The position numbers were made by a program, and so were the translations under genes. Below are positions 53,268-64,000 of a stretch of 64,000 nt of DNA, in pieces; the stretch's first letter is position 1; each line of letters starts with the position of its first letter. This DNA is from Phoronis australis (Eukaryota > Animalia > Phoronida), in contig NMRA01000296.1 of NCBI GenBank assembly GCA_002633005.1, positions 98,232-162,231 of the forward strand. The letters are read 5' to 3'. The notes under the pieces were generated by a model. That model was given only the letters and a program-made list of their open reading frames with translations. It did not search any database and was not told the origin of the DNA.

Positions 53268-54319
53268 CTGCAAATATCAAAAATATAGTACAACTAACTC
53301 AATTAGCACTGCCCACTTAGAGAAATATCCCAAAATGCATCGAATCACAGAATTTGCTTATTGGAGTGATCACACAATTGCAATGGTATGCACGATCGAA
53401 ATTTACATTTTAATTCTTATTTCATCTGAAATACATTATATGTGAAGTAAAAAAATATCCATCATTAGCGTATAAAACTCGTGATGGGAATCTGAAAAAT
53501 TTTTGTAACCAATGATCACACGTTACACTGAGCAGGTGATCACCAATTAATAATCATATTTTTAAGGTAGTCAACTCCTCCATACCAAGGCACAAGTTGT
53601 TATTCAAATATCTTAATCAACCCAATGAAACCCAATATTTTATAATGCCGGATGACCAAACAAATATTTCGCATAAAATAACGCCTGGAATTCATATTCA
53701 GTAATCGTCAATACTATAAAATCGATCACATACCTGTCACTATTCAAAACTCGCATAAATAACAGAATACATTAATAAAAGAAATGCAGATAATATAACG
53801 TAATGATTCTTACAGTTTCACTTTGTAAAGAAACATAAAAAGCCTGTGAACACAATGTCATAAAGTACACAGTATTGATACATAAGCTCAGCCCAGGGGG
53901 TATACTTAGATTTGTCTTCTCAGTTGCGAAAAAGATACCTGCCAAATATACATGTGGGTAACTCAATCATTGCTACAGTATATCACAAATGCAATAAAAA
54001 ATACCACTTCCCTGAAGGCTAATTCAGTGAGCAGCAAAAGTGACTAATGATAACTATTTTGTTGGCAAAATTATTATTACAGAATGGCTCAGTTACTTTA
54101 CTATGGATGTCCCCTTCATTATTAGTTATGAGGAATAGCTAATAACGACGATAAACTAAACTTCCGTCCAGCCGTCATGACGGGGAATTCAGAGTCATTT
54201 TTATCTGAATACTAATGACGTGTACGCCTACTGTAATCACTCAATTAGCATCAATAACAAAAACACTTAGTCTAGCAACCTTTGATTTGTGATGGGAAAC
54301 AGATAACTACAACAAATTA

Positions 54320-54514
<195 letters not shown>

Positions 54515-55163
54515 TCACATCTACTCTCAGGCAGATGATGCATTGTAGAACACACCGAAAATAGACAAAATGACCTGAAATTTTCCATCATGTTGTCAGG
54601 CTGGGCAGAAGCCAAATTTATTGGCAGAGTTGCCTTTCTTCATGGCCAAGAATGAGGGGAACTAACAAGACAGTTAGTAAGGTGGTTAAGCCTTTCTGCA
54701 ATTAGAATTTTGAAGCCCGAATCGTTATTACCACTGATTTTTGCTATTAACAGAATTAGCCGTCAACGGTACTTTGTCCGATTTGTTTTGTCTAGTGATG
54801 TACCAAAATGTAAAAAGACATGAGATTACGCGAGATCAGAGAGGTTTGAGCAGCATCCGAGACTGAACATAGTTGGTAACTCAACAATTAAATATTGTTA
54901 AACGAATCATTGTGAACACATAGTAACTTATCTGACAAACACAATTTCCACTGTTTATGTTAGAAAAAATCAGTTTTGATCTCAGAAATCAGAGCCAAGC
55001 ATGGAACTTCTAAACAATGTAACCAAATTTTGAAATTCCTTGGAATAAGAGCAACACCATTACTACGCAGTAAAACCATACCCTGGTACTTATATTTTTC
55101 GGTATATCTTCGCAAAAATGTTTGGGACACCCTGTATATGTATAACAAACAAAAGGTACATAC

Positions 55164-55325
55164 TAGTTTCTGCATGTATTCTACTTTCTGGGGGAAGTTC
55201 TTCACCAGGTGGTGCTTTCCAAAGTACTGCGACAGAAGGAAACAGCAGGTGGCACCTGTAGCAGTCAAGAGACAAACTAACGGGAATCCAAGCATGACTC
55301 CGAACAGAGCACCAGATAACAGATT
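55164..55325 (-). CDS. TMEM41A: TMEM41A coding exon 3
   Basis: NLLSGALFGVMLGFPLVCLLTATGATCCFLLSQYFGKHHLVKNFPQKVEYMQKL; 162 nt. Confidence 0.95.
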
Positions 55326-57776
55326 CTGTAAATAAATCAAACAATGAACAAAGCAAATATTAGAGAAAAAAGCATAAATATTGCTTCTAGTCTTTAACCC
55401 AACTTATTTTGAAACCTGTGCTCACTACAAAAACAACCACCCACGTGAGTTTCAGTCAGGGTTACGTTTTTTTTTTTGAAAAAGTTGCACAAAAACATTT
55501 AAGTAAAGGTAACCAAGATATTGATTGTCATGATTTGAAAAAAATCCCGCATCAGTTTTTCTTGTCTCAGGTCAATTTTCTTTGATGAAAAAATATCACA
55601 ACACTCAACTTTCGAAAAATAAAGACAAAAAGCAAACTATGCTTTTTTGTCTCAACTATCGTTCTAGCTAGTTTGACAGAATGGACTTAGAAATAAAATA
55701 AAGAATTAAAGGATCTCTTATTCAACTGAAGTCTGAAAGTATGGAAGGGTGTAAAAGGACTTGGTCAGTTTTGAAGTACTCATTACAGCGTTTTCCCATC
55801 CAGTGACTTTACCAGACATAGGGGGTTCTGAGTGTGTGATAACATCTAGCTTCTTTGTTAACTGCCAAGCACAGTCTTTTGTCTGTTATGACAACAAGCA
55901 GGCCACTTATCTGCCAGGCTTATTACAGACCACGTGTGAACACAGTCAAACTCACAGTGAATTGATTTATTCGGAAAGAATAGATTGTCGTAATTTCGGC
56001 TGCAGTTGGGCGATTTTGGCGATTCAAAAACTATCAAAAACTAAACAGGACTAACATTTGACGAAGATTTCAGAAATGCTATAATTGGTTTATGTTCAAA
56101 TATGTTATAACTTAACTTTTATTTTTAACAGCACAGCCCAGTCAGGATGAATCAGATCTTATTGGAGATTAGAGCAATTATCGAACAAAAGAGAGCTGGC
56201 CCTCCAACCAAAAATGCCAGAATGGAGTTAATTAGCCGTGTAAGATATTGGCTACAGGGGTAAACTTCCCAACTTGCTGGCGATAGAATCAAACAAGTTG
56301 GGAGCAACCGGAAAACGCTGTAATGTCCTAAAATTTCAACTTGTTTTTTTCAGAACAGTTTCCGTTGTTCCAGTCTATACATCAGACACAGTCCACAAAA
56401 ATTCAAATTATTCAAAACTCAAAATTACTTAATAGATTAACATAGCAAAAATAGTGAACTTTTAATTGGTAGATAGCCTCAGTTCAATGAAAAGTAAATA
56501 TGTCCAAAAATTTATTTCAACTAATGAATTATTCCCAGTTTCAAGTTCGGTTTCAATGCTGATTCAACAATACTGATGGCATGGATAAAAGTTCAGACAC
56601 CAGTGCAAGGTTCCAATAAGAACAATCCCAAAGAGAGACCACAGGAGTATATGCTGTTATGTGATCTTTAGTTAACAAGTTTCCACCAATAGATGGAACT
56701 GTCGCTGTATATAACCAGTGTGAGCTGCGGTTGGGTGTGGTTCAGGAGGCAACAGCCAATGTAAGGAAGTAGTTCGGTCATGAAATTCTCGCCCGCTAGC
56801 TCAGAACAGTTAACGACGCTGTAGTTTTGTGGACACTCTATCTCGCCCGCCAGCTCTGAACAGTCAATGACGCCATGGTATCGTGGACTCTCTCTTTCTC
56901 CCCTACCAGCTCTTTACAGCGAAGCAGTGGTTATCTTATTCAAGACTGTGCAAAATGGACACTTAGTAAAAGTTCTCACTCACCAACTTGTATTTTGTTT
57001 CAGTTGTTCAGGTAAAATTATACTTTGTTATGATGGCACGTAACAATTTCCAAAATTTTTTGCGTATTTGTGGACTTATGAAAACAGTGATTCATTGTAC
57101 TTTCAGTTTCATTTTTAAGTCAGTTTTTGTCTTTGATGCAAATTGAGAATGACCTCTAAATTAAATTTTCAATTTTATTGAAAATAAAAAGGGATCTTTT
57201 CATGCAACACTCTAAACCATTTGGAAGCCGGGTCATTCAGTGTTTGTTGTAGTTAGACAATGCATTTCTAAATCAACAGGTGTAGCCCTCAGCCCTTGAT
57301 ATCTCAAAAGTTGATCTATTGTGAAAAGTGTAGAATCCTTCTTTCGCAGAAGAAACTCAATAAAAATTAGCCAAAATGCTGCGATGGGATTTTATTTCTT
57401 GAGAACAGTTTTAAAAGGATGAGTGTTTATAAATGTATTCATTCAGCGTGATAGATAATTGGCGTTTGCCTCGTGACATCTGACACTTAACAAAAGAAAG
57501 ATTGATATCAGACTTCTGAAAACTGGTGTGGAGTGGAATAGGGACTAAACGGGGGTAAATTGTAATGTCAAGGAGAAATACGCTCCTATCTATTTTCATT
57601 GAACTAAGGGGTCAGTTTTTAGTATTACTAGAAAATCTCATTTAAAAAAGAGGAACCCATGACAATGATAAAAAACAGCTGTGAGTTAAGAATGGCACTA
57701 TTACGCAAGATATTTAGGGAACTTAGCTCGGTTTCTATTTGGGACTGTTTCATGCAACCGGGCAGAGCATACTTAC

Positions 57777-57933
57777 CAAGAACACAGAACCAGGAATGGC
57801 AAATGTCTGTTTCAGCAGATAAGCCGAAGAGAAGAGCAGCAGGACGTACCAGAAGTGGTCACTTCGATAATGATTTAGGAGATCAGCCAATGCATGTAGT
57901 TCATTAATATTGGACGGAAATTTTAATGCAGAG
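57777..57933 (-). CDS. TMEM41A: TMEM41A coding exon 2
   Basis: SALKFPSNINELHALADLLNHYRSDHFWYVLLLFSSAYLLKQTFAIPGSVFL, containing the DedA/VTT 'KQxFAIPGS' motif. Confidence 0.93.
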
Positions 57934-59198
57934 CTGAAAAAAAACACTTTCTGTTAGAAACCTATTGGTGCAAATGTTCTCTTCAAATTCCTTACAAAAC
58001 ATTGTTTGTGTGTTAGATGCATGTCACGAAGTATTGAATGTCAAAGAGGTACTACAGTGACTGTGCAGCACTATTTTTATGCCACGGTGTGCAGTTATGA
58101 AATTTAAGAACACCCTAACAACCTCAATTAGAGAGGTGGGACTAAAAAATCAATGGGACACTTCTTTAAAAAGTATTCATGAAAAATTCACTCTTATTAG
58201 ATTTTTAAATTGAGGAATCGTACTTTTTCTAGACATCAAAACTGAAAACGAAGGACATTAATCACTGCTCGAATATCAACATTTTGATAAACTAAGCAAT
58301 ACGATAAAAACACCAGCACACATGTCAATGAAATCAACTATTTTTGAAACGCCTTTGATAAGATAGGCAAGGAAAATGTAAAATAGATTAGTCAATTTCA
58401 GATTTTATACACAGGCAATACCGGAGTCCAAAATGCAAAACTGGGAAATTAATTGAGACAGTCTCGTGGGAACTTAGATCAAATTCCTGTTACAGCTCCT
58501 TTGAACTGCCTCACCTGATAGCTGATTTAATAATAGAGCACTGTGATTTCTTATGCAAGGAAAGTCAGAGTGACAGTAGCAAGTAGTAAATCAAGGTGAA
58601 GGTTTGACTTTAACACAGATTGGGCTTTGGGATATTAAATATTTCAGTAACTTTCGTCAAGGATAAAATAAGTTTGAGCCGGCCCGGGGTTTAACATTTG
58701 TACTGCAAAAACATCTATGAGCTTTACAAGGGACACAATAATGATACAATCATGATTCAGGGCTCAACGTTCAACATATCATCAACTCGCCGCATGCAAC
58801 ATGGCAAAATGTCAAGTCTCCAAATGAGAACTGACATCATAAAACCTCATTGGCAAGAGCCATTGTGGATGCACTTGGAAGTGGTGTGGCAACTTCGTGA
58901 CAACCTGGGATTTTTACAAGGTCGCCAAATGAAATACGAGCCCAGCAACATACAGGTTGACTTGCCTTATACCAAAGCTTACTTGCAAAGAACAAGACTC
59001 ACCACAGAAATACTACTTGATATGAACATTCCTGGAGTGTCCCCATGGTGGTGGCAGTAGAAATAACATGATGTCGCAGATATTTAATATTTTTCAGTTG
59101 CTCAGCATTGGTCTTGTGCAAGAATGTATGGCAGCAACTCATGAAAAAATAGCCCCCCCCCCGGAATAAACAAACTATTATCTTCTGTTAAACGTTAC

Positions 59199-59302
59199 CT
59201 GTTTAGATGCGTGCTCTCAAGAGAAGGATGACAGACGGACAAGTAGTAAAGAGCTGTCGCTGATATTGTGAAAATGACAGGGATCCACAACACAGAACCC
59301 AT
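59199..59302 (-). CDS. TMEM41A: TMEM41A coding exon 1
   Basis: Found by hand (not in the ORF track): ACC-ATG-G, MGSVLWIPVIFTISATALYYLSVCHPSLESTHLN, a hydrophobic N-terminus like TMEM41A; AG|GTAACG donor; phase 2 fits the next exon. Confidence 0.85.
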
Positions 59303-59933
59303 GGTGTATCGTGTAAGCACTGCCACTCACAGATCTATTAATGTCAAGGAATTTACAAGACAGCTCTTTTATCTGTTTATCAGCTGTCATAGATAGCCAT
59401 ATTAGATCAGCGTGAAAGTCCAGAGCACATGTGTGATTCCATACTGTGCAGCCTAACAGATATTCAGTGTACAAAGTGCAACGGTATTCAAGTTACTTGA
59501 TGACTCAAGTCCTTTAGGATTGTGGAAAGCTGAAATGGAGAATTTTATAACATTTAGCAGCAGTAGAACATGACTCATAACTTGCATTAAACCCCACTCA
59601 GTTAGATCACCTGCAGACAGTGCATTACCATACCCTTATATGTTTCCCATGCAATAAACCTAATCTGGTGGAAATAATTACAGGCACACTACTAACAAGA
59701 TTTACACCATCCCTTAACTTGGGCATGATATTAGGAATAGGCTTGACCTTACTGTCACCAGAATTCCTTTGATATATCTTCAGAGACCATCAGGGGGGAA
59801 AGCACCTCACCTAGCCTAGTCTTGGTGTTGTCAGGTTGTAATACGTTTTCTTGCCAATGACATGTGTCAATCATTATTTTGTATCTCTCCAGAGGTTAGT
59901 TGGTTACACACTGTGAAAACCAACTTCACCATA

Positions 59934-60086
59934 AACAGCTTATTATTTAAAATGACTTATTCGTATTAAAATGACGTAGACAAGACACTGAATTTCGGGC
60001 CTCAAAAGTGGGGCCATCTATACTAATATAGAGGCCACACCGAAAGACGCCGGAGAGCGGGAGGAGGATCCCCTATATTAATTTAG
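59934..60086 (+). mobile_element. MITE family C, truncated copy
   Basis: aacagcttattatttaaaatgacttattcgtattaaaatgac...gaatttcgggcctcaaaag...cctatattaatttag matches 26910-27110. Confidence 0.8.
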
Positions 60087-60614
60087 TCAATGTCAATTTA
60101 TTTCGGTCTGTGTTTAACTTCTGTTTAATTGCAAAGATCACCTGACACCAGTGAAGTTAGCCACTTCAGTGATAAAACCCAGCAAGGGTGTTAACTGCTA
60201 ACCATTCAATTCAGACAATTAGGCAATTACCCCATAGCCAGTGGCTAACAGAGGCTTATATGTATGATTCACGAGAAGCACATGGGTGACACAGTGAAGC
60301 CATTGCTAATGCAGTAATTGTTTTACTCCACACAATGGGAACTTAGAATTCTTAGCCTTAGGTCAGATTCTTGATAAACACTGGCGTCTTTACATCACCT
60401 CTAGAGGCCCTACAGAGGAAATAAGCACTGATAATAAGGGATCCAGGCCGAGTTTCTATCTTACGAGCTGTAGACACGTAACCTGTCCGTATGTAGTTAT
60501 TTATAGACACACACCCGAGAAGGAAGTTACCTCTTGTCTTGGAACACAAGTTGGTACACCCACAGATCCAGTCACCTACGTGTGACCATAGACTATAGTA
60601 TAGATAAGATTGAA

Positions 60615-61993
60615 AAGAAGAGTATCTTTATGGTGTGACCTGTGACCAGCCTCTAGTAAATCCCGTAACTTGTAGTGACTCGTGTTACTTGATTTTCAGT
60701 ACTGCATACAACGAATAGACATATGATATCAAGTACCGTGTGTTCTTTACTTTTCTACTGATGTGTTTCTAAGAGTGGATGAGCACGTCATCATTGAAGA
60801 CTTCGTCTATTTATAAAATTGACAAACTCAACTTTGACTTCCCACCGGAGACCTTTGGCTTTATGAACTTTTGACCCATTTTGAAATGGGTAACGTTGTC
60901 TTAAATCTTAAATTTGTTTGTAAAGAAAAAATATAATAATGTGTGTTATTTGTAAAAGTGGTATAGATGGTACTCATCAAACAGGAAAATGAAAATTGCA
61001 AGTTATATAGAGAACTAGCACCAATATTTACTTTTACGACAGCTGCAAGTGACAGTGTTGTGCGCGTTATGTAGATCTGCGCGTTTTAGGGATGACGTAA
61101 GCAAAATGTGTGATCGTGACGTCATCCGCAAACGGGCCGCCCGTTTGTGGATCAGAAGCGTGCTACGGGTAAGTTGACTGAATTTTCGCCGAATTTCTGT
61201 TACTGTAGGGATTAGTTTGCTTCATGTATAAAATAAATGTCAGTGTAACGCAATACTCTTTGTTTTAGTTATGTGTACTGTAATTATTTCTGAAATAGTC
61301 TCGTAATTGTGCTGATCTCCAGTTGCTCATTTAAAACGACTGTTCGCAAACACAAACGCCGAAACGGTTTACTGTACGTGATTTCAGAGAAATAATGTGA
61401 GATTCTGTTTTCTCTCATCTTGTTTATTTGCTCGGACCCAAATAGTGTGTGCAAGTGTGCAGGAGTTCTTGTGCATAATTCTTGAGTTGGGCTTTTTATC
61501 CAGAATTGTGTGAGGTTTGATCAGGAACAACTTACATTTTTCCCTGAATTTCGTTTCTTCGTGTTTTCANAAGAAGAGTATCTTTAAGTTTATGGTGTGA
61601 CCAGCCTCTAGTAAATCCCGTAACTTGTAGTGACTCGTGTTACTTGATTTTCAGTACTGCATACAACGAATAGACATATGATATCAAGTACCGTGTGTTC
61701 TTTACTTTTCTACTGATGTGTTTCTAAGAGTGGATGAGCACCGTCTATTTATAAAATTGACAAACTCAACTTTGACTTCCCACCGGAGACCTTTGGCTTT
61801 ATGAACTTTTGACCCATTTTGAGATGGGTAACGTTGTCTTAAATCTTAAATTTGTTTGTAAAGAAAAAATATAATAACGTGTGTTATTTGTAAAAGTGGT
61901 ATAGATGGTACTCAGCAAACAGGAAAATGAAAATTGCAAGTTATATAGAGAACTAGCACCAATATTTACTTTTACGACAGCTGCAAGTGACAG
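60615..61993 (+). repeat. Near-identical ~430-bp direct duplication (60615-61055 and 61571-61993)
   Basis: The copies differ only by a few substitutions and short indels; copy 2 starts immediately after the 'n' at 61570. Confidence 0.93.
61056..61569 (+). mobile_element. Possible LTR or insertion fragment
   Basis: Begins TGTTG exactly where the two duplicate copies diverge and reads ...TTTTCA at the 'n'; contains TATAAAATAAA; no coding domain is visible. Confidence 0.35.
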
Positions 61994-62101
61994 CAATATC
62001 ACTTCCTGCTTCTGGATAAAAGTGAGGATTGTGTGGTTGAAACTGCCGAACAGAAAAGTTAATAGTTGTTGTGGTCTTACGCTCTTTTGATATCCGTAAA
62101 A

Positions 62102-62621
62102 ATGTACAGGGCACGTTTAAACTCATGTGGCGTTCACACTAAGCAAATTATTTGTTTATTTCATGCTTCCAATGGTGCTATTGACGTCCTTCCACCAAGC
62201 TCATTTCATCATTGTTGCCGAAAAGCTAGTGGCAGTGGAATTGCAAATGCAAGCTCAAGCAACAAGTCTGGCCTCAGAAACAAGTCATCAGTTCAATTTC
62301 CTTGCAATGTAAGAAGACATACAGTGGTTCATAGGAAGCTCCAGGATGTTAAACAATTCACAACATATAACGAAAATGATGAAATTGACTCGGACTATTT
62401 GTTGAAAGACCCTGAAATAAAAAAAATGTTGAATGAAATCAGCGATGACTTCAAAGCATATCGAAGCGAAACTGATGACAGTTGTTCAGCTGAAAGTAAG
62501 AGTGGTGATAGAGATAGCTCGCCAACAGATGGTAGTGACAGTGATAGGGAGTCTGCAGTAGCTGATGATTTCACAGATGGCCTTGGTTCTGGTTTTGACA
62601 TCGGCAGTGATATGGGCAGTG
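62102..62621 (+). CDS. First coding exon of an unidentified gene (possible mitochondrial presequence followed by an acidic Ser/Asp-rich segment)
   Basis: AAA-ATG at 62102; 173 open codons to a G|GTATGT donor; basic, acid-poor N-terminal ~80 aa followed by an acidic region. No downstream exon is recognised in the window. Confidence 0.7.
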
Positions 62622-63620
62622 GTATGTATGTAGCCAGCCAGCTAGCTGTATGAAGACTATCGTCAAAATACAGCTAGGTACCAGTGTGTGTTGAGCTTAG
62701 TTAGACCCGGAATTCACACAGCCCGAAGAATTCTGCTGGTCACCTCGTTATGAAACTTTTATCAACATGTAGAGTTAACGATTGGCGGGGGTGCATGCAA
62801 AATCTGGGAGTCAACTGGCACTCACCTTGTCTGTTATAGCCATTTAAATGAAAAACAATCTAATAAACATCATTTTCTTGCGTAATTCTCTGCCTTTTGT
62901 AACGAAGCAAAGTCTGTTGTCGATTTGAAAACATTACGCTTGTGACACGCGCACACACCTTTTCCTAAATTCTTTGCAACATCTCTTGGGAGGTGATGGC
63001 AGCTTTGCACCGGCTACAAAATTTGTTCTGAAATTCAGTTTGCTGGTACTAAAAACTTATGACAAAATGAAACCACTTCCAATGATGTTATGTGACATGT
63101 ACGCAACCTCGTGAAAGAAGAATACTAGGTGATTGAATAACTGGTGAAAGAAGATACTGTTCAATAGGTAATGCAATATTTTATGGCACCAAAAGTGATG
63201 CAAGGATTGCTCCACCACCTTTGTTCAGCAGCAGAATAACGGTAAAATGCCAATTTTTCCAACACTGGTAAACTTAACTTAGTGTGCTCAAGGAAGAATG
63301 TTATTTAATGGCACTAATTTTGTGTCAGATTTTATTTAGCCAGTTTTTACCCACATCAGCGCAAAGCTATTTGGTATACAGATTTGCACCAAGGCTAGTA
63401 TATATGATGCTCTCCAAGCAGAAAACAATGACACAGAATTCCATTTCATGATGGCTGACTGTAAGCAGAATTCACCATCGTAGCCGTCCAATGACCAGGA
63501 AATATAGAGAAAGTTAATAAGCCTTGTCATTTTAGCATTTGTGCAAAGGTGGCTGGCTAGGGTGATTAGGAGAAGAGATACGACAGGTAGTGGTAATTAA
63601 TCGCACGTTATTTTCGATAT

Positions 63621-63810
63621 ACCGTAATCGTTCGGGTTAACGCCCATGCTCAGTTAACCGCCCACCCCTACTTTAGGTGGATTTTGGATTTAACCGCCCA
63701 CTGCTCGGTTAACCGCCCCCCTGCTATTTTTGAAGATTTCCAATTAAGCGCCCACCTCTCGGTTAAGCGCCCATCCCCTACTTTTGACGATTGGTGATTA
63801 CCGCCCTGTG
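63621..63810 (+). mobile_element. Terminus of a DNA-transposon-like repeat with subterminal motif array
   Basis: TA|CCGTAATCG start followed by about 7 copies of TTAA(C/G)CGCCC(A/C). Confidence 0.6.
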
Positions 63811-64000
63811 CTAATAGGAAACGCGAATCCCCGACCTTTTAGATTAAGATCGATGATAACATTGAGTGCAACGACGGCCTCAGAGACCGCGGTTTAGCAA
63901 TGTGAATTATGATACCAGTAACAAATTATTGTAACGGGTCATCGATTAACTTCAAAATGTAATACTTGAACACTTTGTCACTTTCTTTTCTTCTCATGTT

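Noticed and set aside
58698-59060. 120-aa plus-strand ORF in TMEM41A intron 1
   Set aside because: Non-ATG start, no recognisable domain and no clear exon boundaries.
61799-62002. Minus-strand hydrophobic ORF as TMEM41A exon 1
   Set aside because: It ends in a stop with no suitable donor; 59199-59302 fits the phase and homology better.

Overview
This is AT-rich, intron-rich animal genomic DNA, probably invertebrate; the species cannot be determined from the window. Four protein-coding loci were reconstructed by hand from GT-AG junctions with compatible phases. (1) A PEA3-subfamily ETS transcription factor (ETV1/4/5-like), + strand, about 4.5-11.5 kb. (2) A 12-coding-exon DLK/LZK kinase (MAP3K13/MAP3K12-like, about 993 aa), + strand, 23.9-47.8 kb, retaining the N-terminal palmitoylation motif and the C-terminal SDGLSD hexapeptide. 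(3) TMEM41A (5 exons, 246 aa), - strand, tail-to-tail with the kinase. (4) The first exon of an unidentified, possibly mitochondrial protein, head-to-head with TMEM41A. Introns and intergenic DNA contain several MITE-like elements (with 8-bp or 5-bp target-site duplications), a foldback element, a SINE-like remnant, minisatellites and a ~430-bp duplication at an assembly 'n'. I found no clearly new biological system. The strongest leads are the ETV-MAP3K13-TMEM41A microsynteny matching human 3q27, a possible DLK-1S-like truncated isoform, a uORF whose stop overlaps the kinase start codon, and a possibly polymorphic LTR-like insertion in a divergent promoter.
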